Shown: piece after piece, positions 1-11,791 of the stretch
Numbering within the stretch: the first letter of the stretch is position 1
Layout of the letters: each line of letters opens with the position of its first letter
Origin: Pristiophorus japonicus
Taxonomy: Eukaryota
Direction: 5' to 3'
Length of the DNA stretch: 64,000 nt
NCBI RefSeq assembly: GCF_044704955.1
Contig: NC_091986.1
Coordinates: 38,316,001-38,380,000, forward strand
Translations under genes and position numbers: made by a program
Notes under the pieces: generated by a model
What the model was told of the DNA's origin: nothing
The model's database searches: none
What the model saw: the letters and a program-made list of their open reading frames with translations, nothing else

Positions 1-423
1 CTCTGTCCTACAGTGTAGCTACTGTTAGGCGACCGATTGACTACTACCACTGTGATTTATTTCCCTTATTATTTCTATCTCCGCCCAAACTGATTCTACA
101 TCTTGAACTTCTGAGCCAATATAATTTCTCACTACTGCACTGATCTCATCCTTTATCAACAGAGCTACCCCACCTCTTTTTCCTTTCTACCTACCCTTTC
201 GACGTGTCAATTACCTCTGAATATTCAGTTCCCAGCCTTGGTCACCATGCAACCATGTCTCTGTAATGGCAATCAGATCACACCCATTTATTTCTAGTTG
301 TGCTGTCAACTCATCTATCTTGTTATGAATGCTGCATGCATTCAGATAAAGAGCTATTAATTTTGTCTTTTTACCTTTTTCCCTACTCTGACTCTACTTT
401 GTGGTGCACTCTTATATTTATGC

Positions 424-512
424 ATAAGAACAGAAGAACATAAGAAATAGGAACAGGAGTAGGCCATTTGGCCCCTCGAGCCTGCTCCGCCATTGAATAA
501 GATCATGACTGA
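424..512 (-). mobile_element. Very short 5'-truncated CR1 3' tail inserted into the CR1
   Basis: cataagaacagaagaacataagaaataggaacaggagtaggcc matches the tails at 9587 and 41246. Confidence 0.8.
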
Positions 513-695
513 TATGCTCTGTCCCTTCCTGTCACACTCTGGTTATCATTACCCCTATCGCTACCCTACACTACTGCCTTCTCCTTTCTCTTTGACTTTT
601 TAGGTTTCCCCTGAGCCATCCCCCCACTATTTAGTTTAAAGCCCTATCTACAGCTCTCGTTATTCGATTCGCCAGGACACTGGTCCCAACATGGT

Positions 696-1575
696 TCAAG
701 TGAAGCCCATCCCAACGGAACAGCTCTCTCTTTCCCCAGTACTGTGCCAGTGCCCCATGAATCGAAACCCATTTCTCTTGAGCCATGCATTCATCTCTCT
801 GATCTTATTTACCCTATGCCAATTTGCTCGTGGTTCAGGTAGCAATCCAGAGGTTATTACCTTTGTGGTTCTGCATTTTAATTTAGTCCCTAGCTGCTCA
901 TACTCCTTCAGCAGAACCTCTTTCTTCATCCTACCTATGTCATTGGTACTTACGTGGACCACGACAATTGGATCTTTTCCCTCCCACTCTAAGTTCCTCT
1001 CCAGCCTAGAGGAGATGTTTTTAAACCTGGCACCATGTAGGCAGCACAGCCTTCGGGACTCACGCTCTTGGCTGCAGAGTACGGTATCTATCCCCCTAAC
1101 TATACTGTCCCCTACCACTACTATATTTCTTTTTACTTGTCCAGCTTGAATGGCCCCTTGTACCACGGTGCTGTGGTCAGTTTGCTCACCCTTCTTGCAG
1201 TCCCTGCTCTCGTCCACACAGGGAGCAAGTACCTCATACCTGTTGGACAATTGCAAGGGCTGAGGCTCCTCCAATACTACCTTCTGGATCCCCGTACCTG
1301 CCTCGCTCTTAGTCACACCCTCCTGTTTCTGACCACAAACCAAATTTGAAGTATTTAACCTAAGAGGTGTGATTGCCTCCTGGAACACAGTATTTCAGGT
1401 AACTCATCCCCTCCCTGATGTATTGCAATGTCTGAAGCTCGGACTCCAGCTCATCAACTCTGAGCCTAAGTTCCTTGAGCCACCAATACTGACTGCAGAT
1501 GTGGTCGCCGTGGATCACACTGGTGTCCACCAGCTCCCACATAATACAGCTACAACACATCAGCCCTGCAATCAT
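696..1575 (-). pseudogene. CR1 ORF1 (zinc finger/leucine zipper plus SGNH/GDSL esterase), frameshifted
   Basis: Two overlapping ORFs homologous to 25259-26074 and 45176-45964. Confidence 0.85.
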
Positions 1576-1856
1576 TATTGTACTTTATTTAACTTATTAG
1601 GTTTTCAAGTTTTGACATATCAATTATCTACATATAGATTTTTTAATCTGTTTTCACAGCTCTTAATTTAAACTAATGCCCAAGTTTAGAAAATAAAGAG
1701 AGAAATATTCACCAACCAATCCCTCACCTGCTTTCCTGTGATGTCACACTTTGATTTGTTTTTTCCCCCCGCACAGGTCCGTTCACTCTGCTCCCAGCTA
1801 GCTCCTTTTTAAGTTCCCCTTTGCTGGTCTCGGGCACTTTTTTTTAAGTTCATGTG

Positions 1857-2063
1857 TGTAATGTAGGCACATAAGGTCTGCCCACCAACAGGGGGCACTA
1901 CTGTCGGAGGTCCTAGGGTCATAGGTACACTCGTGCTGGGCCCGGTATATAACCTGAACTTCACCTTTGTATCTTCACTTCTGGAAACCATTAAAGATTG
2001 ACCAGATTACACCGAGTCACTGACTCACAGTACGGAGTTCATTGTATCATTTCATGCACCACA
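1857..2063 (+). repeat. 5' LTR of element A
   Basis: Direct repeat of 19169-19366; contains TATATAA and ATTAAA. Confidence 0.95.
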
Positions 2064-2065
2064 AC

Positions 2066-2076
2066 TGGCGACGAGG
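2066..2076 (+). promoter_or_regulatory. Primer-binding site complementary to the tRNA-Ser(GCT) 3' end
   Basis: TGGCGACGAGG is the reverse complement of CCTCGTCGCCA. The same PBS core occurs at 3476, 13590 and, decayed, at 61311. Confidence 0.85.
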
Positions 2077-2099
2077 CAAATACGAATTCACGCAAAAGT

Positions 2100-3228
2100 A
2101 TGGCGAGCACAGCATGATCGAGTATTGTTGGCATTCTCGAGAGATTCAATGAGGGAGTGGATTGGGGAGATTTCACGAATGGTCTTGACCAGTATTTCGT
2201 GGCAAACGGCCTAAACAAAGACAAGGATGCAAAGAAGCACAGGGCAGTTCTTCTCACCATCTGTGGCCCCACGATCTATGCACTCTCACCCATTCTTACT
2301 ATAGAAAAGGATTACAAAGAACTGTGTGCTCTAGTTCTGGAACACCTTAAACCCACGGAAGGAATCCTCATATCCAGATATCGCTTCTATACGCATGTTC
2401 GTCCAGAAGGCCAGGACATAGCGGCATTTGTTGCCAACCTGAGACGTCTTGCAGGGCCTTGCAAATTTGGGCCTGCATTGGAAGACGTGCTGCATGACTT
2501 TATCGTGATCAGGGTCAACCACGAGCCGATCTTAAGTAAGCTGCTGGCTGCGGATTTGTTGGACCTCAGCAAGGTCATCACCATCGCCCAGGCTTGCATG
2601 TCCATGCAGAAAAGCACGAAGCAGATATTGCGACAAAACAGAAACTCCATGGCAAGTGCAGTGTACAAAATTGTGTTGACAGCCGGCAGAGCTGCACACT
2701 TCAGGGCCTACTCGACTACATATGCGAGAACGGGAGCCGTTCAAAGTTCGCCATCGAGGGCCTACTCAACGGCGTATGCGAGAACGGGAGCCGCTCAAAG
2801 CCCACTGTCAGCCGCAAATCCGAGCTCGACGTGTTGGCGTTGCGGGGACAATCACCGACGCCAACAGTGCCACTTCAGGCAGTATGTATGCAAGGATGTG
2901 CGAAGACAGGGCATCTTCAGCAGATATGTCCACAGCAGAGCAAGCGAGCTACGACACACCACGTGGATGATGATCAATTCAGTGTGGATCTGGCGATGCA
3001 ACACGAGGCATTTGAGAGCTCCGAGGAGGAAGTGTATAGCGTACGTGCGTTCCTAACAAAGAGCCAACTGATAATAATGGAGATAAAATTAAATGGCATC
3101 GGTTGGCTCTTTGTTAGTAATTTTAGCTCCATCATGGAATTAGACACGGGTGTGAGTCAATCGATAATGAGCCAGAGGACTTTTAAAAAGCTGTGGGAGA
3201 CCAAGGCAGAGAGACCCAAGCAGAGTCC
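2100..3228 (+). pseudogene. gag: Element A gag and start of protease, decayed
   Basis: ORFs 2157-3056 and 2594-3253. Two zinc knuckles (CWRCGDNHRRQQC, CKGCAKTGHLQQIC across a frameshift) and protease MELDTG. Confidence 0.88.
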
Positions 3229-3474
3229 TGTCATGTATGTAACCACAATGTAACACCACTGTATTACTGTACACACTCAACCTAGGTGCACACCTTGACC
3301 ACATGGGGTGAACTTGTGGGAGACACTCCTTACCTGACCACACAGGTATATAAAGGGAGGTCCCATGCAGGGTCATCACTTTTGGAGTCCTGTGAATAAA
3401 GAGCAGGCAATAGAGTGACCTTGTCCCCAGAATGTGCCTCGTGTGGTTTCATACTGTAGAGTAAGGACTTTACA
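3229..3474 (+). repeat. 5' LTR of element B
   Basis: tgtcatgtatgtaacc...gactttaca, repeated at 7681; TATATAAA and AATAAA present. Confidence 0.95.
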
Positions 3475-3505
3475 TTGGCGACGAGAAACGGGAATTCACG
3501 ACCCA

Positions 3506-5971
3506 TGAGTATGGCCACCGGTAGCACAGAGGAACGGTACTGTGTTGGTGAAGACTGGGACGATTTTATCGAGAGGCTTCAGCAAAGCTTCATTATGAAA
3601 GAATGGCTGGGGGATGCAGCGGCCGACAAGTGAAGGGCTCATCTTTTGACCAGCTGTGGACCAAAGATCTACGCACTCATGATCGACTTACTTGCACCCG
3701 AAAAGCCAGCGGACAAAACCTTTGAGGAACCTAGAAAATTGATCAGGGAGCACCTCAAACCGGCGAGTAGCATACATGTGGCCCGACACAGATTCTACAC
3801 CCACCGACGTCGTGAAGGCATTTGGTCAGCCTCTGTAAGTTCACAGATGCCTGCAGGGGGGAGATGCTAAAGGACTTCTTTATCGTGGGCATCGGTCATG
3901 CGGGAATTTTCCGCAAATTAATTGAGACCAAGGATTTGACCTTGGAAGCGGCAGCGTTGTTAGCTCAAACTTTCATGGCGGGGGAGGAAGAGACGAAAAT
4001 AATATACCCGCGCAATTCTGCCTCTAACGCGGCGATGCATCAGGGAGTCAACATCATCAATGCGACTCAGAGCCCCGCAGGCAGGCAGGGGTAGTCCGAC
4101 AATACCCTGGCAGCAATAGACCCCAGAGTAGGACCTCAACAGAGACAATGGCAGGCTGAACGGACATTTACGCCATCACAGTGGACAATGTGGCCTGGGA
4201 TGGGGCCATTGACACCCACTAATAGGGTACTCAAGAGCAGTCAAAGGGACAGTCAGCGCGGAATGCCTGGCGATAGTCCCTTTGTTCCCAACAATGGAAA
4301 CTTTAACTCATGCTGGAGGTGTGGGGGAAAAACTCAGCTAGATCTTGCAGATTTCAACTGTTTGTCTGCAGGAACTGCAATCTCAGTGGCCACTTAGCGT
4401 AAATGTGCAGGAAGCCTGCACCCAGACTAATATATGAGGTGGATGGACCAGAAGAGGGTTCTTTGAGGCAGGCTGACTTTTGGGGCAAATCGATGGACGC
4501 TGAGGTTCAGCGGGTCCATGTGGCAAACATTCACAGTTCATACACCAAAACGCCACCAATGATGATGAGGGTTTTATTAAACGGTATCCCAGTACGCATG
4601 GAGCTGGACACGGGGGCCAGCCATTCACTCATGGGAGTTCAGCAATTTGAGAAGCTATGGCCACTTAAAGCCAGTAGACCAAAATTAGCATGTGTTGAGA
4701 CACAATTACGGACTTACACTAAAGAAATCATTCTGGTGCTCGGCAGTGCAATGTTGGCTGTCACACACAATGGGGTAGTGAATTGGGTGCCGCTCTGGAT
4801 TGTCCCAGGCAATGGTCCCACACTGTTGCGGAGGAGCTGGTTCGCCGAGATGAACTGGAAATCGGGGGATGTTCACGCAATGTCGTCTGTGGAGCGAAGT
4901 TTATGCTCACAAGTCCTACAATAATTCGATTCACTATTCCAACCCGGCGTCAGGACTTTCAAAGGCACGAAAGTAGTGATACACATCACCCCAGACGCCA
5001 GGCCAGTGCACCACAAAGCCAGAGCAGTGCCATATGTGATGCGGGAAAAAATCGAGAGTGAACTGGACTGGCTGTTGAGAGAGGGCATCATCTCGCCAGC
5101 TGAATTCAGCGACTGGGCGAGCCCCATCATTCCCGTCCTAAAAGTGGATAGCTCTGTCAGGATCTGTGGTGACTACAAGGCCACTATCAATCGGGTGTCC
5201 CTACAAGATGAATACCTGCTCCTGAGAGCGGTGGACCTCTTCGCCACGCTGGCAGGCGGCAAACTATTCACCAAGTGGGACCTCACGTCAGCCTATATGA
5301 CCCAGGAACTGGCCGACGAATCTAAACTACTGACCACTATCACCACGCACAAGGGACTGTTTGTTTATAACAGGTGCCCGTTTAGCATTCGATCAGCGGC
5401 CGCGATTTTTTAACGAAACATGGAAAGCCTGCTTAAATCCATTACTGGAATGATCGTATTCCAGGACGACATCCTCATCACGGATCGTGACACCGAGGAA
5501 CACCTCCACAACCTGGAGGAGGTGTTACGCCGACTGGACCGGGTAGGCTTACGACTCAAGAAGTCTAAATGTGTGTTCTTAGCTCCTGAGGTTGAGGTTC
5601 TGGACAGCAGGGTTGCTGCAGATGGGATTAGGCCCACCGAATCCAAAACAGAGACGATTCGACGAGCACCCAGGCCCTGCAACACATCGAAGTTGCGTTC
5701 ATACCTGGGACTGTTGAACTATTTCCGGAACTTTCTGCCGAACTTGAGCACATTGTTGGAGTCGCTGCACGTGCTCCTGCATAAGGGTTGCGATTGGTTT
5801 TGGGGGGACTGTCAGGAACAGGTTTTCGATCGGGCGCAAAACCTACTTTGTTCAAACAAGTTGTTGACCCTCTATGACCCCTGTAAAAAATTGATTCTGA
5901 CATGTGATGCATCGTCCTATGGGGTTGGGTGCATGTTGTAGCAGGGCAATTCTGAGGGCCAACTACAACCT
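3506..5971 (+). pseudogene. pol: Element B gag-protease-RT-RNaseH, with several stops and frameshifts
   Basis: ORFs 3646, 3822, 4188, 4403 (MELDTG), 4976 (WASPI..RICGDYK) and 5420 (FQDD, LRSYLGLLNY, CDASSYG). Confidence 0.92.
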
Positions 5972-7567
5972 GTGGCTTATGCCTCCAGGTCACTCTCTCA
6001 AGCAGAACGGGGATATGGGATGGTCGAGAAGGAAGCGCTTGCATGTGTCTATGGTTTAAAAAAAATGCATCAGTACCTCTTTGGTAGGAAGTTTGAATTA
6101 GAGACGGTCCACAAGCCATTAACATCCCTGTTATCAGACAGCAAGGCTATCAATGCCAACGCATCAGCTCGCATACACCGATGGGCTCTCATGCTGGCTG
6201 TTTATGAGTATTCCATCCGGCACCGGCCCGGCACTGAAAATTGTGCAGACGCGCTCAGCAGGCTTCCACTAGCTACCACTGAGAGGGCAGCAGAGCAAAG
6301 CGCTGAGATGGTCATGGCTGTCGATGCCTTTGACAGCGCCGGCTCCCCCATCACAGTCCACCAGATCAAAATCTGGACAAACAGAGATCCCCTCCTATCC
6401 CTGATTAAGAAATGTGTCCTGAACGGGGTTTGGGTGCCCTCACATGGAGCATGCCCTGAAGAGGTCAGACCGTTCCACAGACGGATGGATGAGCTCTCCT
6501 TCCAATCCAACGGCCTACTATGGGGCATCCGGGTAGTTATGCCCCTGAAGGGCAGGGAGGCATTCATCAGGGAACTCTACAGCGAGCACCCAGGTATTGT
6601 GCTGATGAAGGCCATTTCCCAGTCACACGTTTGGTGGCCTGGAATTGATTCCGACCTGGAACAATGTGTTCACAGGTGCACAACGTGTGCCCAGCTGGGT
6701 AATGCCTCCAGTGAGGACCCGCTCAGCCCGTGGCCCTGGCCCACCAGGCCATGGTCATGCATTCATGTAGATTACGCGGGCCCATTCATGGGAAAGATGT
6801 TCCTCAATATGATAGATTCATATTCGAAATGGATCGAGTGCATCATTCTGAATTCATGCACGACATCTACTACTGTGGAAAGCCTATGTGCGATCTTTGC
6901 AACCCATGGCTTGCCGGACATCCTGGTCAGTGATAATGGCCCATGTTTCACAAGCTACGAATTCCAGGAGTATATGTCGGGCAATGGCATGAACCATGTC
7001 AGGACAGCGCCATTCAAGCCGGCCCCCAATGGCCAGGCGGAACGTGCGGTCCAAATAATCAAGCAAGGTATGCTGAGGATTCAAGGACCCTCCCTACAAT
7101 GCCGTCTATCACGCCTCCTGCTGGTCTATAGATCCCAACCGCACTCGCTCACGGGGGTCCCGCCTGCAGAACTACTAATGAAACGGACACTCAAAATTCG
7201 GTTGTCCCTCATTCACCCAGTCCTGACCGACATAGTTGAGGGCAAGCGCAAGTCACAAAACGAGTACCCTGACCGTAATTTGAGAGGGAGATGTATAGAA
7301 ATAAATGATCCTATATTCGTCCTCAATCACGCCATGGGACCCAAATGGCTTGAGGGTACTGGAATTGACAAAGAGGGGAATAGGGTCATTGTGGTAAAAC
7401 TCAATAATGGTCAGATATGCCGTAAGCATCTGGACCAAGTAAAAAAAAGGTTCAGCAATGACACGGAGGAACCTGAAGAAGACCATGAGATGGAGCTCAC
7501 ACCATCGCCAGTGAACAAGCAACAAGAGCAATCAGAAGAAAGGACAGGCCGGAATTACCACAGGTGA
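5972..7567 (+). CDS. pol: Element B RNase H C-terminus plus integrase, open over 531 aa (part of a disrupted pol)
   Basis: AYASRSL..EKEALA, ADALSR, zinc-binding region (EHPG..CTTC), DDE motifs HVDYAG / VSDNG / NGQAER. Confidence 0.85.
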   Translation: MAYASRSLSQAERGYGMVEKEALACVYGLKKMHQYLFGRKFELETVHKPLTSLLSDSKAINANASARIHRWALMLAVYEYSIRHRPGTENCADALSRLPLATTERAAEQSAEMVMAVDAFDSAGSPITVHQIKIWTNRDPLLSLIKKCVLNGVWVPSHGACPEEVRPFHRRMDELSFQSNGLLWGIRVVMPLKGREAFIRELYSEHPGIVLMKAISQSHVWWPGIDSDLEQCVHRCTTCAQLGNASSEDPLSPWPWPTRPWSCIHVDYAGPFMGKMFLNMIDSYSKWIECIILNSCTTSTTVESLCAIFATHGLPDILVSDNGPCFTSYEFQEYMSGNGMNHVRTAPFKPAPNGQAERAVQIIKQGMLRIQGPSLQCRLSRLLLVYRSQPHSLTGVPPAELLMKRTLKIRLSLIHPVLTDIVEGKRKSQNEYPDRNLRGRCIEINDPIFVLNHAMGPKWLEGTGIDKEGNRVIVVKLNNGQICRKHLDQVKKRFSNDTEEPEEDHEMELTPSPVNKQQEQSEERTGRNYHR

Positions 7568-7680
7568 CAGACACTGACGTTAGTGTCCAACCACCAGAGC
7601 CCCAACTGCAGCTACGAGGGAGCATAGGCCACCTGAAAGACTAAACCTATGATCCTAATAAGACTTTGTGGGGGAGGTGA

Positions 7681-7926
7681 TGTCATGTATGTAACCACAA
7701 TGTAACACCACTGTATTACTGTACACATTCAATCTAGATGCACACCTTGACCACAAGGGGTGTATTTGTGGGAGACTGCCCATACCTGATCATCCTGGTA
7801 TAGAAAGGGAGATCCCATGCAGGGTCATCACTTTCGGAATCCTGTAAATAAAGAGCAGGTCAGAGAGTGACCTTGTCCCCAGAATGTGCCTCATGTGGTT
7901 TCATACTGTAGAGTAAGGACTTTTCA
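7681..7926 (+). repeat. 3' LTR of element B
   Basis: Direct repeat of 3229-3474, preceded by a purine tract. Confidence 0.95.
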
Positions 7927-9586
7927 AGTCTGATAAATGCGAAGTTGCGTACTTACACCAAAGAGATCATACCAGTGATCGGTAGTGCAGCAGCAAGAGT
8001 GTCGTATGAGGGAGCGGTTCATGATCTACCGTTAGGGATTATCCCGGGCAACGCTCCATCGTTATTCAGCAGGAGTTGGCTCGAGAAAATAAAATGGAAA
8101 TGGTATGATAGCAAAGCTTTGTCATCAGCAAGTTATGATTTGTGTGCTCAAGTGCTTAGCAAATTTCCCCCACTGTTTGAACCAGGAATTGGCAGCTTCA
8201 AGGGAGCCAAGGTACAGATTCACCAAGGCCCAGATGCAAGGCCCATCCATCACAAAGCCAGGACGGCCCTGCACATGATGAGAGAAAAGGTCGAGCTCGA
8301 ATTGGACAGGCTACAACGTGAGGGGGTCATCTCACCGGTCGAATTTAATGAATGGGCCAGCCCCATTGTTCCGGTGTTAAAGAGCGACAGCACAGTCAGG
8401 ATTTGTGGAGACTACAAGGTCACGATCAACCGAGTTTCGAAACAAGATCAGTATCCATTACCAAAAGCTGATGACCTGTTTGCAACGCTAGCCGGGGGAA
8501 AATCGTTTACCAAAATGGATCTAACATCCCCCAACATGAACTGGTTGAATCATCTAAGAAACTTATGTGCATCAACATGAACAAAGGCGTGTTTATTTAC
8601 AACAGGTGCCCTTTTTGCAATCGTTCGTTCAGAGAAACATGGAGAGCCTATTGAAATCGTCCCCAGGACCATATTATTCCAAAGCGACATCCTAGTCACA
8701 ACGTGACACCGCCAAGCACCTGCACAATCTGGAAGAGGTTCTGTGTCGTCTGGATAAAGTGGGCCTCAGGCTGAAATGGTCGAAGTGCGTTTTCATGGCA
8801 CCAGAGGTCGAATTCCTTGGACGAAAGATTGCTGCAGACGGAATCAGGCTTACAGACACGAAAACAGAGGCCATCAAAAATGCGTCCAGGCCCCAGAATG
8901 TGATGGAGCTGCGTTCGTTCCTGGGTCTTCTCAACTACTTCGGTAACTTCTTACCCAAATTGAGCACAATATTAGATCCTTTGCACAAGCTTCTTAGGAA
9001 AGGAGACGACTGGGTGTGGGGTGAACTTCAAGATAAAGCCTTTGAAAAGGCTAGAAATCGGTTGTGTTCCCACAAGCTACTCGCACTGTATGACCCATGC
9101 AAGCATTTAGTTTTGACCTGTGATGCGTCATCCTATGAGGTTGGATGCGTACTCCAGCAAGCCAATAAGTCAGGCAAACTACAACCAGTTGCATATATGT
9201 CTCGAAGCCTGTCCAAGGCGGAAAGAGCCGATGGCAAAGTAGAGAAAGAGGTTTTAGCATGTGTTTATGGGGTAAAAAAAATGCACCAGTACCTGTTTGG
9301 GCTTCGATTCGAGCTGGAAGCCGATCACAAGCCACTTATATCATTGTTCTCAGAGCATAAAGGTATCAATACCAACGCATTGTCCCGCATCCAGAGGTGG
9401 GTACTGACATTATCTGCCTATGATTATGTCATTCGCCATAGACCCGGCACCGACAACTGCGCTGATGCATTGAGCCGGTTACCGTTGCCCACACCGGAGG
9501 TGGAAACGCCAATGCACGCAGAGCTACTCATGGTCACGGATGCCTTTGAGAGTGAAGGGTCACCTGTAACTGCTCAACAAGCTAAT
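7927..9586 (+). pseudogene. pol: Element A pol continuation (protease end, RT, RNase H)
   Basis: ORFs 7945-8580 and 8759-9595 (WASPIV, RICGDYK, LRSFLGLLNY, CDASS, ADALSR). Confidence 0.92.
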
Positions 9587-11670
9587 AGAACATAAGAACA
9601 TAAGAATTAGGAACAGGAGTAGGCCATCTAGCCCCTTGAGCCTGCTCCGCCATTCAATAAGATCATGGCTGATCTGGTCGTGGACTCAGCTCCACTTACC
9701 CGCCCTCTCCCCATAACCCTTAATTCCCTTATTGGTTAAAAATCTATCTATCTTTGACTTGAAAACATTTAATGAGCCAGCCTCAACTGCTTCCTTGAGC
9801 AGAGAATTCCACAGATTCACAACCCTCTGGGAGAAGAAATTCTTTCTCAACTCGGTTTTAAATTGGCTCCTCCATATTTTGAGGCTGTGCCCCCTAGTTC
9901 TAGTCTCCCCCACCAATGGAAACAACCTCTCTGCCTCTATCTTGTCTATTCCTTTCATGATTTTAAATGTTTCTATAAGATCACCCCTCATCCTTCTGAA
10001 CTCCAAGGAGTAAAGACCCAGTCTACTCAATCTATCATCATAAGGTAACCCCCTCATTTCTGGAATCAGCCGAGTGAATCGTCTCTGTACCCCTTCCAAA
10101 GCTAGTATATCCTTCCTTAAGTAAGGTGACCAAAACTGCACGCAGTACTCCAGGTGCGGCCTCACCAATACCTTATACAGTTGCAGCAACACCGCCCTGC
10201 TTTTGTACTCCATCCCTCTCGCAATGAAGGCCAACATTCCATTTGCCTTCCTGATTACCTGCTGCACCTGCAAACTAACCTTTTGGATTCATGCACAAGG
10301 ACCCCCAGGTCCCTCAGCACCACAGCATGTTGTAATTTCTCCCCATTCAAATAATATTCCCTTTTACTGTTTTTTTTCCCAAGGTGGATGACCTCACACT
10401 TTCCGACATTGTATTCCATCTGCCAAACCTTAGCCCATTCTCTTAACCTATCCAAATCTCTTTGCAGCCTCTCTGAGTCCTCTACACAACCCGCTTTCCC
10501 ACTAATCTTAGTGTCATCTGCAAATTTTGTTGCACTACACTCTGTCCCCTCTTTTAGGTCATCTATGTATATTTTAAACAGTTGTGGTCCCAGCACTGAT
10601 CCCTGTGGCACACCACTAACCACTGATTTCCAACCGGAAAAGGACCCATTTATCCCGACTCTCTGCTTTCTGTTCACCAGCCAATTCTCTATCCATGCTA
10701 ATACATTTCCTCTGACTCCGCATACCTTTATCTTCTGCAGTAACCTTTTGTGTGGCACCTTATCGAATGCCTTTTGGAAATCTAAATACACCACATCCAT
10801 CAGTACACCTCTATCCACCATGCTCATTATATCCTCAAAGAATTCCAGTAAGTTATTTAAACATGATTTCCCTTTCATGAATCCATGCTGCGTCTGCTTG
10901 ATTGCACTATTCCTATCTAGATGTCCCGCTATTTCTTCCTTAATAATAGTTTCAAGCATTTTCCCCACTACAGATGTTAAACTAACCGGCCTATAGTTAC
11001 CTGCCTTTTGCCTGTCCCCTTTTTAAAACAGAGGCGTAACATTAGCTGCTTTCCAATCCGCTGGTACCTCCCCAGAGTCCAGAGAATTTTGGTAGATTAT
11101 AACGAATGCATCTGCTATAACTTCCGCCATCTCTTTTAATACCCTGGGATGCATTTCATCAGGACCAGGGGACTTGTCTATCTTGAGTCCCATTAGCCTG
11201 TCCAGCACTACCCACCTAGTGATAGTGATTGTCTCAAGGTCCTCCCTTCCCACATTCCTGTGGCATGCAAATTTTGGCATGGTTTTTGTCTCTTCCACTG
11301 GGAAGACGGAAGCAAAATAATTGTTGAAGGTCTCAGCCATTTCCACATTTCCCATTATTAAATCCCCCTTTTCATCTTCTAAGGGACCAACATTTACTTT
11401 AGTCACTCTTTTCCGTTTTATATATCTGTAAAAGCTTTTGCTATCTGTTTTTATGTTTTGCACAAGTTTACCTTCGAAATCTATCTTCCCTTTCTTTATT
11501 GCTTTTTTAGTCATTCTTTGCTGTTGCTTAAAATTTTCCCAATCCTCTAATTTCCCACTAACCTTGGCCACGTGATACGCATTGGTCTTTGATTTGATAC
11601 TTTCCTTTATTTCCTTGGTTATCCACGGCTGGTTATCCTTTCTCTTGCCGCCCTTCTTTTTCACTGGAAT
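9587..11670 (-). mobile_element. 5'-truncated CR1 LINE (young (TTCTTATG)n-tail family) inserted in pol of A
   Basis: ORF2 pieces 11023-11664, 10255-10968 ([25 protein letters not shown]) and 9686-10273; tail agaacataagaacataag at 9587. Confidence 0.95.
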
Positions 11671-11748
11671 CCGACCCTATTGGTTGTAAAACATTCTGTT
11701 CTTAATGGGGACTGGTCGACCATCCGCAAGAAAATGGGTGATGAAATC
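11671..11748 (+). pseudogene. pol: Short segment of element A pol between two insertions
   Basis: Translates as LVVKHSVLNGDWSTIRKKMGDEI, homologous to B's LIKKCVLNGVW..EEV. Confidence 0.8.
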
Positions 11749-11791
11749 TGTTGTGTATCTTTAAAGCATACACTCCCATATTCTGCCACCA

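Larger units (their letters stand above)
1..1850 (-). mobile_element. CR1-clade LINE, 5' part (5'UTR, ORF1 and start of the ORF2 endonuclease); runs off the window start
   Basis: ORF 1360-1575 has the CxxC..CxxC/leucine-zipper start (CCSCIMWE..HICSQY..LRLRVDELESEL). ORF 696-1388 has SGNH esterase motifs (VVVGDSIVRG, VVHVSTNDI). Bases 1-350 on the minus strand encode IAITETWLHGDQGW, as in the CR1 at 26378. Confidence 0.9.
3229..7926 (+). mobile_element. Ty3/gypsy LTR retrotransposon B (Mag-like), nested in the protease region of A
   Basis: 246-bp LTRs 3229-3474 and 7681-7926. TSD AGTCC/AGTCT, PBS at 3476, PPT at about 7667-7680. Host A pol reads ERPKQS before and INAKLRTYTKE after the insert. 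Confidence 0.95.

Noticed and set aside
696-1388. Host or bacterial GDSL esterase gene
   Set aside because: It is CR1 ORF1; homologous copies sit in the same position in the other CR1 elements.
10388-10996. Long antisense ORFs (also 691-1149, 42783-43259, 49461-50120, 5628-6125)
   Set aside because: They are shadow frames opposite RT, ORF1 or pol coding sequence with no independent motifs.
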